A DNA stretch of 64,000 nt from Squalus acanthias (GCA_030390025.1 CM059432.1:61010001-61074000), one strand, 5' to 3'. Shown: positions 39,281 through 53,065, numbered from the stretch's first letter. Notes: generated from the letters alone by a model not told the origin. Numbers and translations: made by a program.

Positions 39281-39985
39281 CAACAACAACAATTTGCATT
39301 TATATAGCACCTTCACCATTGTAAAATCACCCAAGGCAATTCACAGGAGCATTATCAAACAAAATTTGACACCGAGCCATGTAAGGAGATATTAGGACAG
39401 CTGACCAAAACCTTGGACAAAGAGGTAGGTTTTAAGGAGCGTCTTAAAGGAGGAGAGAGAGGTAGAGGGGCAGAGATATTTAGGGAGAGAATTCCAGAGT
39501 TTAGGGCCTAGGCAGATGAAGGACGACAATGGTGGAGCAATTAAAAATCGGGGATGCACAAAAGAGATCAGAATTTGAAGAACACATAGATTTTCAAGGC
39601 TTGTAGGATGCTACAGAGATGGGGAGGGGTGAGGCCATAGAGGGATTTGAAAACAAGGTTGAGAATTTTAAAATTGCAGCCTTGCCAGACCTGGAGGCAA
39701 TGTAGGTCAGCGAGCATAGGGGTGATGCATGAACGGGACTTGGTAGAAGTTAGGATACGGGTAGCAGAGTTTTGGATGAGCTCAAGTTTGTGTAGGGATG
39801 GGATGCCAGCCAGGAAAAACAAAGGCATGGATGAGGGTTTCAGCAGCAGATGAGCTGAGGCAGAGGTGAAGGTGGGCGATGTTAGAGGTGGAAGTATGCA
39901 GTCTTGGTGATAGAACAGATATGTGGTTGGAAGCTTATCTCAGTGTCAAATACAACAGCAAGTTGCAAACAGTCTGGTTCAACGG
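39281..39985 (-). mobile_element. L2-type LINE 3' fragment
   Basis: LHKLELIQNSATRILT..ITPMLADLH..FKILNLVFKSLYGL and a tail tatataaatgcaaattgttgttgtt. Confidence 0.75.
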
Positions 39986-40200
39986 GAGACTGGGGATCAG
40001 AGGGAAAGATGGAGATTGGGGAATCGGGGGAGAGATGGAGACTGGGGATCAGGGGATAGATAGAGACTGGGCAATGGGCGCTTGGGGGGAGAGATGGAGA
40101 ATGGGGGATCAGGGGGGAAAGGTGGAGACTGGGAATGGGGGCTCAGGGGGAGAGATGGGGAATCAGGGGATGGGAGGTCGTGGGAGAGAAGGGAACTAGT
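39985..40200 (+). repeat. Purine-rich degenerate tandem repeat (ggagactggggatcagggg-like)
   Basis: Strong G/A skew with recurring gagatggagactgggga units. Confidence 0.7.
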
Positions 40201-40744
40201 GGTCGGAGGATTGGGGCTCAAGTGAGGGGAGGAAATGGGTTTGGGGTGGGCCAAGAGCAGCAACAGCAAAGTGGTGAGTGGGAGCGGTACTGAGAGAGGG
40301 GCAGCCAGTAAAGGGGTAAGTGAAACCCAGAGACCTTACTGTGGGTAAATAGTGAAAGATTATTTCCATTGGTAGACGAATGGGGAACTAGGGAACAGAA
40401 AATGAGGATTCTCACTGGAAGAAACAAGAGGGAAAGGAGGAGGAAAGTTCTTGAACTGAGGGCTATTAGACTGTGGGATACTTCACTACATGTGGCTATT
40501 TGAGGTAGAGACTAAAACTTTGCTGCAAAGGGAATGGGACATATATTTGAAAAGGAGGAATATAAAAAGATCTTCGTGGGGTGGAATGAGATTACAGGAG
40601 ACAGCGCCAGCACCGGGAGCTGAATGGCCTCATCCTGTGCTAGAAAATCTATAATTTTATGAAAACTTTCCTGCTTCAAGTCCGAGCTCAGGGAGTGGTT
40701 TAGAAATGTTGGCGCTCAGCTGAGTTTAGGACCATGAGCCCCAC

Positions 40745-41118
40745 CTCAATTTTAAAATCCTCATCCTTGTTTTCAAATTCCTCCATGGCCTCGCCCTACA
40801 AGCCTTTAAGATCTCTGCACTCCTCCAATTATAGCCTCTGGCACATCCCCAATCCTAATCGTTCCACCATTGGCAGTCGGGCTTTCAGCTGCCTTGGCCC
40901 CAAGCTCTGGAATTCCCTCCCTAAACCTCTCCACCTCTCTCTCCTCCTTTAAAGATGCTCCTTAAAACCTACCTCTTTTACCAAGCTTTTGATCAGGTGT
41001 CCTGATATCTCCTTCTGTGGCTCAGTCTCAAAAATGATTTGATTGATATCGCTCTTGTTAAGCACCTTGGGATGTTTTGCTATACTGAAGGCACTATATA
41101 AATGCAAGTTGTTGTTGT
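40745..41118 (+). mobile_element. L2-type LINE 3' fragment, opposite in orientation to 39281-39985
   Basis: RSTIGSRAFSCLGPKLWNSLP and a tail tatataaatgcaagttgttgttg. Confidence 0.75.
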
Positions 41119-41854
41119 GTGAAGTGCCCCAAACACCAAGCCCGTGCCCTTTGTGCAATCCCTTGGTTTGGTTCAGGTCAGTCTGTGCCACCCAGTTTTT
41201 ATATGTGAAGTCCAAGTACAGATCAGCTCTGACTGAGGTTCCCAGTTCAAAGTTGTCACCCTCAAATGGAACCAGAGTCCAAAGAGATAGGGAGAGAGAT
41301 TGGAACTGTTAAAAGTGGGGAGCCTAAACGCACCTTGTGCAGTGCAGGGAGATTCTGGCTATGGTTTTAGGGTGAATATCATGGGGTTATAGGATTACTA
41401 CTAGTTACAGGAAGGATATCAGGGCATTACACCTATTACTACCAATTACATATAGACTATCAGTGAGTTATTATATTACTGTTGGTTATGATCAGAATCT
41501 GAATATTACCAGTATTACAATTAGTTATCAGCACAAGTTCAGTGAGTTACCCTTAGTTACTGGTGGAATCAAAGTTCCTCCCACCTCTGGTTTCCCCTCT
41601 GCAAATCACTCCCCCACCATCAAATTCCCTGCCCTCGGTTTCCCTTCTTCACCTGCTCACAAATGACCTCTTGGATCTTCTCACACAACTACACGAGACC
41701 CAACCTTTATAAGGTAAATGCAGAAACATTTGTTGAAGTCATGTGATCAGGTCACATGGTCATGTCATGTGGTCAGGATATCACGTGATCAAACCTCCAG
41801 GAATGCCTCCAACCAGAGTTGTTAACCCTATAGTGGGAGTGGAAGTCCTGTGTA

Positions 41855-42107
41855 TTCTTTTGATTGGGTGCACTAAAACAAATAAACTGTAACTAATAAA
41901 ACATTAAAGGAAACTTAACAACTTAAATTAAAATTTGATTGGCCGGGATGATGCACTCCAGTCCCTGCGGTGCCCACCGGTCGCGGAAGGCCTCGAGTGT
42001 GCCACTGGACACCGCGTGCTCCATCTCCAGGGCCACCCAGGCGTGAACATGGCCGCAGAAGAGAGGCATGCAGTCGGGCCGAACGACCCCCTCAACCGCC
42101 CACTGCC
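41855..42107 (-). mobile_element. 5'-truncated L1/Tx1-type LINE end
   Basis: Perfect 14-bp TSD GGAAGTCCTGTGTA (41841-54, 42108-21). The minus strand reads ..VALEMEHAVSSGTLEAFRDRWAP..ILI* followed by a T-rich 3' UTR. Confidence 0.7.
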
Positions 42108-42224
42108 GGAAGTCCTGTGTAATTTCAGCCTCAGAACTTATTCTCGTTATTTCCTTTTATTATTAATTTCCAGGTATAATTTACTCACCTCTTGGAGATC
42201 TGTCATAAAACTAGTCAATCTCCA

Positions 42225-42570
42225 GGTCTTGCATTTATACCACGCCTTTCACATCTTCAGGATGTCCCAAAATGTTTCACAGCCAATTAAGTACTTTTGA
42301 AGTGTAATTGCTGTTGTAATGTAGGAAATGCGGCAACCAATCTGCGTACAGCAAAGTCCCACAAACAGCAATGAGATAAATGACTAGAATCATAGAATTG
42401 TACAGCACAGAAGGAGGCCATTTGGCCCATCATGTCTACGCCAGCTGTTTTAATGATGTTTAAATATTGGCCAGGACACCAGGAAGAACTCCCTTGCTCT
42501 TCTTTGAATAGTGCCATGAGATCTTTTACGTCCACCTGAAAGGTGAACAGGACCTTAGCTTATCGTCTTA
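42225..42570 (-). mobile_element. DeuSINE-type SINE fragment interrupted by a short CR1 tail (~42386-42445)
   Basis: Family core sequence with a tagaatcatagaa CR1 tail inside it. Confidence 0.65.
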
Positions 42571-43024
42571 TCTGACTGGGATATATTGTGACTGCACGTG
42601 TGCAACCGAAGATCACGTGCACAAAAAAGCTTTGCCATAGCAATTTATGGGGCAAACTTTGGTAATGTGGGAAGTTTAAATCCTGCATTGATTTTTTTGC
42701 TAAGTTAAGAAACGCTGAGTGTCTGCGGAAAATGTGAATGGTTGGCATGTAGTTGCGCAGTCTATCACAGCTTGATCAAAAATAGGCCTATGTACTGTCA
42801 TGACAAATACAATGCTAGTTAACAACTCCTGATTATACTAATCTGACCACCTGAATTTCCAATTGTTCACTTAAAATTGTTAAACACAAAAAAAATTCTA
42901 AATTTTTAAGACAATGACCTTGATTAAGGCAAAAACATGGTGGATCTCTGGTCAAAGAACTAGAAAATGGGGTATAACTTATTTCTGTTGGGAGTCTGTC
43001 CCATTTCTTCCAGTTAGCTGATTT

Positions 43025-44155
43025 CTAGAATCATAGAAATTTACAGCACGGAAGGAGGCCATTCGGCGAATCATGTCCGCACCAGTCGACAAAGACAAAG
43101 ACAAAGAGCTATCCACCCTAATTCCACCTGCCAGCTCTTGGTCCGTAGCCTTATAGGCCATGGCACCTCAAGTGCACATCCAAGTTCTTTTTAAATGTGA
43201 TGAGGGTTTCTGCCTCTACCACCCTTTCAGACAGTGAGTTCCAGACCCCCACCACCCTCTGGATGAAAAAATTCCCCCTCAAATCCCCTCTAAACCTCCC
43301 ACCATTTACTTTAAATCTATGCCCCTTAGTTGTTGACCCCTCTGTCAAGGGAAACAATTCCTTCCTATCCACTCTATCTAGGCCCCTCATAATTTTATAC
43401 ACCTCAATAAGGTCTCCCCTCAGCCTCCTCTGTTCCAAAGAAAACAACCACAGCCTACCCAATCTTTCCTCATAGCTAAAATTCTCCACTCCAGGCAACA
43501 TCCTCGTAAATCTCCTCTGTACCCTCTCTAGCGCAATCACATCTTTCCTGTAATGTGGTGACCAGAACTGCACACAGTACTCTAGCTGAGGCCTAACTAG
43601 TGTTTAAGTTCAAGCATAACCTCCCTGCTCTTATATTCTATGCCTCGGCTAATAAAGGCAAGTATCCCGTATGCCTTCTTAACCACCTTATCTACCTGTC
43701 CTGCTACCTTCAGGGATCTGTGGACTCCAAGGTCCCTCTGTTCCTCTGCACTTCTCAGTGTCCTACCATTTATTGTGTATTCCCTTGCCTTGTTAGCCCT
43801 CCCCAAATGCATTACCTCACACTTGTCCGGATTGAATTCCATTTGCCACTGTTCTGCCCACCTGACCAGTCCATTGATATCTTCCTGCAGTCTGCAGCTT
43901 TCTTCTTCATTATCTACCACACGGCCAATTTTTGTATCATCTGCAAACTTCTTAATCACACCCCTACATTCAAGTCTAAATCATTGATATATATCACAAA
44001 AAGCAAGGGACCCAGTACTGAGCCCTGCGGAACCCCACTGGAAACAGCCTTCCAGTCACAAAAACATCCATCGACCATAACCCTTTGCTTCCTACTTCTG
44101 ACCCAATTTTGGATCCAACTTGCCACTTTGCCTTGGATCCCATGGGTTTTTACTT
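43025..44155 (-). mobile_element. 5'-truncated CR1 LINE (different subfamily)
   Basis: [21 protein letters not shown] and QFWSPHYRKD in three frameshifted ORFs. Confidence 0.88.
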
Positions 44156-44280
44156 CTGTTAGGGAGTATGTCTGGGGAGTTCCTGGGCTATCCCAAGAAT
44201 TCAACCCATTATGCCCTGATAAGGCCTCAACAGAGCTCTCGCCTGCTGAGGGCTGGTGAGAGTTCTATTGAGGGCTGTGA

Positions 44281-44755
44281 GAAGAAAGAAAAAGAAAAGA
44301 AAGACTTGCACTTACACAGCGCTTTTCACAACCACCAAGCGTCTCAAAGCGCTTTACAGCCAATGAAGTACTTTTGAAGTGTAGTCACTGTTGTAATGTA
44401 GGAAACGCAGCAGCCAATTTGCACACAGGAAGGTTCCACAAAAGCAATGTGATAATGACCAGATAATCTGTTTTTGTGATGTTGATTGAGGGATAAATAT
44501 TGGCCAGGACACCGGGGATAACTCCCCTGCTTTTCTTCGAAATAGTGCCATGGGATCTTTTACGTCAACCTGAGAAAGCAGACAGGGCCTCGGTTTAACA
44601 TCTCATCTGAAAGACGGCACCTCTGACAGTGCAGCACTCCCTCAGCACTGCACTGGCATCCTAGATTTTTGTGCTCAAGTCCCTGGAGTGGAACTTGAAC
44701 CCACAACCTCCTGACTCAGAGGCGAGTGTGCTACCCACTGAGCCACAGCTGGCAC
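44281..44755 (-). mobile_element. DeuSINE-type SINE
   Basis: Full head, core and tail with a (tctt)n end. Confidence 0.75.
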
Positions 44756-45070
44756 TGTGCCCCAGAAGGCCCCAGAAGCAAGGGACTGATTACCTTAATA
44801 AATTACTGCTACAATCTGGTGATTTTATCTTTGGCCCAGGAAAGACCTCAGGGAATCTCTGGCAAAGTGGGATCAGGTACTGCTGAAATGCCCTTACAGT
44901 TGCCAGTGGCCTGTTCCAACCGTGCAACTGACCCTGTCCCCGCAATTTGGGGCAGGTCTGCGGCTATCAAGATGGGAGGACGGCTGTTTGGCACCATCGT
45001 ACTTGTACCGGCAGACTGGAACTCCCAAAATTTCAGCCTCTATGTTTTTTCCCTTTCCACTCATTCCATG

Positions 45071-45472
45071 ATGCGGAGATGCCGGTGTTGGACTGGGGTG
45101 GACAAAAATGAGAAGTCGCACAACACCAGGTTATAGTCCTATAGGGATATCGGGTTCATGTCACGCTACAGAACGTGACTCGACATTGTTGTCTGTCTTT
45201 CCAGTTTTTAAAAAAAAATACTAAAAAAAACAAACCCCAAAAAAACAAAAAAAACAACTGCAGACAGCAGGATTTGACACGTTGGACCCCCTGTGACACA
45301 TCTCATTGTCTTGGCTGTGCTCTGGTGTGTCTTTGATGTAAGGACACCTTCCCTGAAAGATTGTATCTCTGCAGTTTCTGTGTTTATATACTGTGTAATG
45401 TTGTAGATTCACTCACTGTACCTTTGCCTGACGAAGGGGCGACAGCTCCGAAAGCTTGTAATTTTAAATAAA
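45071..45472 (+). mobile_element. Penelope-like element fragment: inverted terminal piece + ORF end + pseudo-LTR
   Basis: 15-bp TSD tccaYtcattccatg (45056-70, 45473-87, one mismatch). RDIGFMSRYRT* resembles the GLNRDxGFMSHY end of Penelope-like ORFs. A hammerhead core and AATAAA follow. Confidence 0.72.
45424..45461 (+). ncRNA. Minimal type I hammerhead ribozyme motif
   Basis: ttgc-CTGACGA-a-ggggc(gaca)gctcc-GAAA-gc-TT-gtaa. It has the conserved cores, a 5-bp stem II, a short stem I and a palindromic AAGCTT stem III. Confidence 0.7.
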
Positions 45473-45982
45473 TCCATTCATTCCATGGTATTGTTTTCAT
45501 GATATTGGCTGCCCTCCTGTATCTTGCCCAAGTGGCCATTCCTTATTTGTGAGACTAGACAGTGTGGGCAGGATTTTAACTCGGAGGCTGGGAGAGAACG
45601 GGGAGGCTGGATTGCGGGCGGGAAACCCGGGAGAACGGGTTTCCCTAAGGCCCTGCCAAATTTAATGGCAGGGCCTGATTAACATTTTTTTTCTCTGTTT
45701 CCCGCCTGCAGCCAGCCAGATTTTGGCGTTAAAATACCCCCATGTGTCAGTAAGCTACTTGACAATTGAAAACATCACAGCCAGCCAGATCTGCCATCCG
45801 CAAACATGCACTTTCCAGTGAGGCCACTGATACAGAAAACCTGGTTGACTGTAGCATTCTTACAGCTGCTTCCACGGAGATCAACAAATCTACCACAGAC
45901 CTGGGAATCAAAAATGGGACTTTGATGATCTGTACTGCTCACTTCTACACTGAGCCACTAGGGGAGATAGTTAAACGCTACA

Positions 45983-46731
45983 GGCCCAATTTTAACCCCT
46001 GCGCCTGAAAAGAACGAGGTATGCGGGGGTTAAAATTTGGAGAGTGTGATACTCGCCTTGTTCACACCGCACTCATGCGCCACACCATTTTAACAGGCAC
46101 GTTTTGGGCAGTGTCAGAGGCCCTCGCCCCAGGCCCACCAGCAAAACCTGGCACGAAGCATAAGCAGGCCCAGAAGAATGGCGAGAGGGTAATTTTAAAA
46201 TTTTTATGAGTTTCATTGCTCCTCCAGGCCCAACAACGAAACCTTGGGCTTTCCCTGCCCCGAGCTTTCCCCCTCCTCCCCGACCGTGATCACCTCCAGA
46301 CCTGCCCCAATCCACTTACAATGTGTTCCCTTTACGCAGCTGTGCAGCTGTCTGGAGCTCCCACCCAGCCGGCTCACTGGCTTTTACATGCAAAAACCGT
46401 GCATGCGAGGACTTTTTAATGGGCTACACATTCCCTGAAAGCGGCCACGTGGCCCAAAAAAAAATTAGAGGGAACATTGCCCACTTACCTTTGTTCCGTG
46501 CATCATTCCTGTAGGCCCTGGCAGCATCCTCCTACCGCCTGAAATCCCACTTCTGCCCACCAGGCAGGGAATCATTTCTACCGGGATCAGCTGGGAGATT
46601 CATCTGGGAAATTATATTGAGGTCAGGGAGTTAAAATTACTTACCGGGCCTTACTCGAGCACTGCAATGCGAGCTTGACGCTCGCCACGCCATTCACACG
46701 CCAAACCCCTGCCCCAAATTAAAATCAGGGC
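45983..46731. mobile_element. Harbinger-type MITE
   Basis: TIR-like ends ggcccaattttaa / ttaaaatcagggc. No clean TSD. Confidence 0.55.
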
Positions 46732-48274
46732 TTGCAAAAGATAAAACACAGCATTCAGAAGAAATGGCAAAAGACTTCAAATTCAGCTAGGAGGGAATAA
46801 TGGTCTGACTCCAAGCTATAAATTCATCTGAATTTCTGTGAAGGTGGGTTTTTCTTTCTTCTGTTATTGAAGTTGCTGCACATTAATTTTTGTAATCAAA
46901 GCACAGAAAAAAATTCGCATCATAAGCCTTCACTCATGCCAGGCTCATTACCCCACCATGAATGCTTTTCTCTTAAACATTTTCATTTAGAATGGTTTTC
47001 CATTTCATGTAGCTCAGTGCTACAATTTAAATCAAGTAAGGCAGCCATGGAATTTTCCACAACTCGCTGAGGTCTTCCTGCATTAGAAATGAGACCTTTC
47101 ACTTGATCCACTCACAGAAGAGGACTGTAATCAATGGCACCCCCATACCCAGCCCTCATTAAAGCTTGGCTGTAGTCTGCCTTGAAGGTTCCAGCTTAGC
47201 AACAGACTTGACCTTTTCAGTTGCTTCTAAATTTTATGTGATTCTGATTTTACTTTTGTTCTTCTACAGTTACTTATCTGGAATAGCTATGTAAAGCTTG
47301 TCTGGCAGATTGAGAAACATCATCGAGACCTATCTGCTTTTTAATTCCTACCCTATTGCTCAGGTCTCCCCGACACCAACCTGCTCTCAGATTTTTTATC
47401 AATGCCATTTTGTAGCCTGACTACAAAGAGAAGGGCATAACCGGGTCAGGCTAAGTTGCCCAACTAATTTTCCCTTCTCCCTCTGGGGAACTGTTTTGAC
47501 TCTAATCATGGCCTCATCCTTTTAGCATGGCTGAAATAAGGAACTTGCATTGTGAGGAATCACAGAGGCAAACAGTGCTGGATCCCTTTGGTGTACAGGT
47601 TGTCAGAGCAGCAACCTGCTGTGGCATTGTGATTTCCAATTCTGTCACGTATGGTGATGATAAATTAGTTATATGCATTTACAGATTGTCTGGTAGGTAC
47701 GCTTGGTCTCACGAGGCGTGCCTCTGCTGGCAACACACCAGGCCCCACTGAGAGTTGTGGAAGCGGTAATTCCTGTTCTATGGAGTCCCTGCCCCCAGCA
47801 CCCCTCCACCCACCCACAACGATTGCCATGTTTCAGGCAGGTGGAAGCCCTGTCCCAAAAGGCCATCCAGGATACTTCAACACCGGGCTGGGAACCTGTG
47901 CATCTGGGTGTCAGTCTAGTTTCCAGCAGACTAGTGCCCAAGTTACTGTGGGAGTAAGGGCTTACATCTTTAAAAAATATATATTTTTCAATCAGATTAA
48001 CTTACAGCAAATGAGCATTTTAAGATATTTCTGTGAGTGTGACCCCTCCTGAATTACATATATCTGCTATAGGCAGATGTGAGCTTGTATATTCTTTTCA
48101 GATATAAATTGTGAAAATACGTTTACTGAAAGAAAGACTTGCATTTATATAACGCCTTTCACGACCACTGAACGTCCCAAAGCACTTTATATATGCTATA
48201 AAACAAATTTTGAAAGTCATTTAGAATTCAACATCCAGGTATCCTCTGATGTTTCAGTGAGTTTATCCAGCAAA

Positions 48275-48560
48275 TAACTGAGTCACACAGATCAGGAAAG
48301 TCCCATGTTCAGTCCCTGGTCTGTGCTGAGTTAGCTGGCCTCAGCCAGGATCACTGAAGCCATACTACAACTGGCTTTCACAATTGGCCTCAGCGTTATT
48401 GGGTTAGGAAGGAGAAAACTGGCACGTGTCTTGCTCCTAATGATTATCCAGTGACCCTTACTGGAAATGTCCATGTGTGGGCATTGGGTGAGGCCAGGAT
48501 TGGGCTTGGCTGAGATGCCACCCACGCTGACATTCAAGATTCACAGATAACGGTCACTTG
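48275..48560 (+). mobile_element. Ancient SINE-like repeat, second family (other copies ~35510-35830, ~50130-50330, ~54390-54600, minus ~56990-57230)
   Basis: Recurring tgctgagttagctg..tcag..aattggcctcag..tcctgat..ctatccagtg motif. I cannot name the family with confidence. Confidence 0.5.
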
Positions 48561-49356
48561 AATGAGGTACTCAAACTTTCAGCCATGGGCAATAAGGAAG
48601 GTTAGCCCTATACCAAGGCGAGGGCCATCCTTCAGTAAAAAAAAATTACATTTCAGACAGGCCTCCCCTTCAGTGTCAATGCCTTCAAGAGTGGAGAGGA
48701 GCAGAGGAGAGGAAGCAGGGAAAAAACAAATTAAGTTCATGTCCATTTCTTGTGTCATTCAATTTGTGGGTTGTCAAATAAATTGTAGAATGATCATCCT
48801 GCAGCTACGATCTTCAATCTCTTCGATCACACTGCCTACATTTACTTATTATCAGTGAATCTACATTATTATTCATGTTGTTCCAAATTTTGATTAGTCC
48901 TTTCAGCACTGAAAAGACCGTTTCAGTTTTGAAAGATACTGTACATATTTTTCCATTCATGTAACAGAAATTGTCTGAAAAATTGAACTAGTGAACTCCA
49001 GAATAACGAAGAACATTTCTTAATTCATAATTTTTTGGAACAAGCTACAATAATGTAAATCCATTCTACAGTATTTTGATTCTGATGCAGACATACCACT
49101 GTGGGACTCAAAACTGTAATACAAAATAAACTACCAATACAGATAAAACCACAGCTTCTGCATCTGTAATTAAGGTCAAAATTGCACAGTTATATGGAGG
49201 TTACAACTACTGATTTTGGGCGAACACTTTATGATCCAATGCAAACAATCATCTGATAGCTTGTCCATTATTATTACAGTCTAATTGTAAGTAGCTGGAG
49301 AGGAAGTAGTAATTCCACTGCTCAAAAGCAAAAGTCACATTGCAAAGCAATCACAA

Positions 49357-50006
49357 GGGGGCTAAATTCGGTTGATTTGCGCCTCTTAGGGCGCTAACGG
49401 GGCGCAAATCAACTAGCGCCTGGGCGCGGCACCGCTAACGCCTCCCGTGAAATTCAGCGGGAGGTTAGCGGCGGCGCTAACCATTAGCGCCGTGCGGCCC
49501 GTCATCGCCGTGCGCAGCACCCTGGCTGTAATATTGGGTGGCGCCCCCCGACTTACCGCCGGACGCTATGCCCGCCGGGGATCAGGGGGCCGAGGCAGCG
49601 CTACTTAAAGGGGAGGTGGCGAGCCACCATTTTTGTTGCTGGCTGCCTGCCAGCACCTGCCCCTGTTGCTGTCCCCGGCCCCCATGAAGCCCTCCCACGG
49701 GGTGCCGGCTGCTCTCCGTGAGTCCGGCACTCCTCTTGAGTGCCGGGCTCGTTTGCCGGCACTCCCGATCCCTGGTGGCCCAGCTGGGCGCTGGGACGCG
49801 TTGCGACAGGCCCCTCCCCTTTAATAAGGGGAGGAAGGCCTGCAGTACCGCGGCGCGACGTGCCGCAGTGCCACGATATTGGCTCGCAGCGCCCCAAGAG
49901 GGACGCGGGGCGTTTCCGGTAGTGCCCCATCTCCCTCTCGGGGCGCTACCTGGGAAAATCGGCCACGGGGCGCTAACTAAAGGGGGCGCTACCCAATTTT
50001 TACCCC
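49357..50006. mobile_element. GC-rich Harbinger-type MITE, inverted relative of 23310-24000
   Basis: TIR-like ends gggggctaaatt / aatttttacccc and collinear reverse-complement similarity. The TSD is imperfect. Confidence 0.75.
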
Positions 50007-51795
50007 TTAGACTTTGAGTTTGATGATTTAAACAGTTTCAGTATATGTGACGTTTCCTTTCCTCCCAAAAAAACAAGAGAGAAATTCTTTAGAAAAAAAG
50101 TGCTCACTGGATACATGCACAATTGTGTGTGTCACTGAGTCATATAGATTGAAATGTCCCAGGTACGATTCCTGATCTGTGGTGAGTTTCAGGCAGGGCA
50201 GTAGTGGATGGATTACAGTGGCCTGAACATACTGGCTAGAGATGGGGAGACAATCATCGAGGCGTCCTGTTCCTGTGAATTCTACTGGAAATAAATGTGT
50301 GGGCATTGGGTCCTAGCAAATCGGCAGGGTACGATCCCAGCAGTTATGTCAAAATCACAGTTGTTACAGAACTCCACCAGTGAACCCACCAACATTTGTA
50401 ATATCAAGAGTAGAGGCCTCCAGGAGTAGATCTTCAGCAGTGTGGGGCTCCATCTGCAGCCCCCCACCCCCACCGATTGAACACACCGGAGACAATAATG
50501 GAAGTTGGTCAACCTAGGGGGCGAAGGGGTGTCAGGTTCCTCCCACCCCAGAGAGATGATGAGGATGGCCTTAGATTTGAGGAGATACACTTTGTCCCAC
50601 CTGCACTGATGCTACACTGGGTCCAAACTGAGGGCCAGGAAGTGGGAGCTCTTGACTTGCATGTCGCTGCCCTTGGCCCCACTCCCATACGTTGATAACC
50701 TTGTAGGGGCAGACATAGCTGCCGCCCTACAAGCACATCCAGAAAATGGCTGCAGGATGGGACCTTGCTATGTCAGACCCCAGTCAAGTCTGCAGTTTAT
50801 AGGATAAAACTACACAGTGATAAACCCATGGTGGAACAGCTTGTTCACACACTATCCAGAATGATCACTTGGGTGAAATGCCAGAAATGAAACCATCCCC
50901 CAACTTCAGTATTTGCCTTCAGAAGAAAAAGGGTTAAAGGGAGGGGTAAAAGTGACAAAGGAAACCACACAGGCCTGGATTTTCCAATCCCCTAGGAATC
51001 CTGTTGGATTGGTGGCTGTGCAACCTTTGCTCCCACCCATCTCTCAGCGCTCTAATCTCAAGGTATCTTCCGGTATTAATTTTTACGACAGGCTCCCGCC
51101 AGTATTTCCACTGACACTGGATTGCCCGCCTCAAGTGGGGAGAGGAAAATCGCTGTGGCAGTGTGCTGGTTGCCCCCCCTCCCCCAAGATGTCACAAGTA
51201 AAGATGTTTAGAAAGCACATGTATGGGTGGCTGTATTCAGCATGTATCGGCCCTTTCAGTGGAAAATTCCACTCGTGGCAGTGGGAGCTGAGGAACTGGT
51301 GGAAAGGCTCCCTGATGTACTTCCCGTTCTCTCCTAGCCCAAAGGCACCCCAGAACAGGCATAACAACATCAAAAAATCTTGGCCAAAGTGTTTAGAAAG
51401 AATTCTTCACGTAGGATCAATGTCCTGGCACTGTCATACAAATGCAGCAAATTGTGATGAGCTGATTTCACATTAACATCACAATGTCCTGACATTATTT
51501 CTAACCCAGCGAGGTTTGTCTGGAAGAAATTAGCCCAGGCACACTCACTCCCAGTCAGGCACATTTCAGGTCACTTTAAAGTCTCATCATCAAACAGCCA
51601 GAAATAATTATGACTAACTTTAGCATGCTTCTTTTCGATTTTTGTTCATTTGTCAAATACTTTTGTGTAAATAGTTAATGCTGATGAGAGGGGAGCGAGC
51701 GAGAGTTGCAAGACCAGATAATCACTGAATTGCTTTCAGTAATTTCTTCAAGTTAGTTTCCCTCAATGATGTCTGCATTACTCACTATATATTAT

Positions 51796-52519
51796 GGGGC
51801 TGAATTTGCGGTTAGAGGCTTCCCGCGGGCGGATACCTCCGACAAGCAAAAAATCTATGAACTTATCTTCTGCCTCGGGATCCACGGAGACTTGTGCTTT
51901 GGACCTCTATGCATAGGCCTGCGTAGAGGCCCACGTATCCCAGGGGCGCATGCGGTTCGCAAGCGCCCCTGGGATCACGTGGGCCGGCCCAACCAATCAA
52001 AGAAGGGAATCCCCATTCATGCTTATGGAGGTTCCGTATCTCCGTATGTACGGAACCTCCATAAGCATGAATGGGGATGACATAAAAATGCATTTAACAT
52101 TACAAATAAATTTTTAAAAATTACATATTTAAAATTAATTAAAATGCACTATAATTAAACATTTTAAAAAAAATAATAATTTTTGAAAAATAAATGTAAA
52201 TGTTTTAAAGGGGCTAAAAATAACCATACCTTATCGTACATGTGTTTTAATGTTTAAATGAATGAAAAAAAATTATTTTTATGTTTTTTAAAACTCTTAC
52301 GTTGGTAAAAGCAGGCCTAAGAATTTCACGGGCATTCGCTGTGTAGAAGTTGGGCAAATAGCCCAACTCTCCGCCCACGGAGGCCCTTTTCCCGGGGATG
52401 GCAATGATTTATTAAGAAGATTCTTGACAGATCACAAGTTCCGGGTTTTAGCGTATGCGCTTCATATGCCTAAACCCTCGTACGTTGTACGCACCCGTAG
52501 GGGCCGCAAATTATGGCCC
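51796..52519. mobile_element. Harbinger-type MITE with AT-rich core
   Basis: TIRs ggggctgaatttgcgg / ccgcaaattatggccc and TSD TAT. Confidence 0.8.
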
Positions 52520-52669
52520 TATGTGTTTAAAAAATGTACATAATTTGAAATCAACAAAAGGACTAATAGAACGAAAAGGGTACTAATACCAATTAGAATT
52601 CTTTGTGCTACTTTAAAAAAAAAGGGGTAATGATGATGAAACTCTATTTAGACGTACAATAGCATGAAT

Positions 52670-53065
52670 CAGAGACTTGAACACATAATCTAGGCTGACA
52701 CTCCAGTGCAGCACTGAGGGAGTGCTGCACTGTCGGAGGTGCCGTCTTTCGGATGAGACGTTAAACCGAGGCCTCGTCTTCCCTCACAGGTGGGCGTAAA
52801 AGATTCCTCGGCACTCTTTCGAAGAGGAGCAGGGGAGTTCTGCCCGATGTTCTGGCCAACATTTATCCCTCAACCAACACCAGTAAAAAACAGATTAATT
52901 GACACATTGCTGTTTGTGGGAGCTTGCTGTGCACAAATGGCGGCCGCCTTTCCTACATTACAACAGTCACTACACATCAAAAAGTATTTCATTGGCTGTA
53001 AAGCGCTTTGGGATGCCCTGAGGGCGGGAAAGCACGATATAAATGCAAGTCTTTCTTTTTCTTTC
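52670..53065 (+). mobile_element. DeuSINE-type SINE lacking its head
   Basis: Core gtgccgtctttcggatgagacgttaaaccgagg and tail ataaatgcaagtctttc. Confidence 0.75.
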
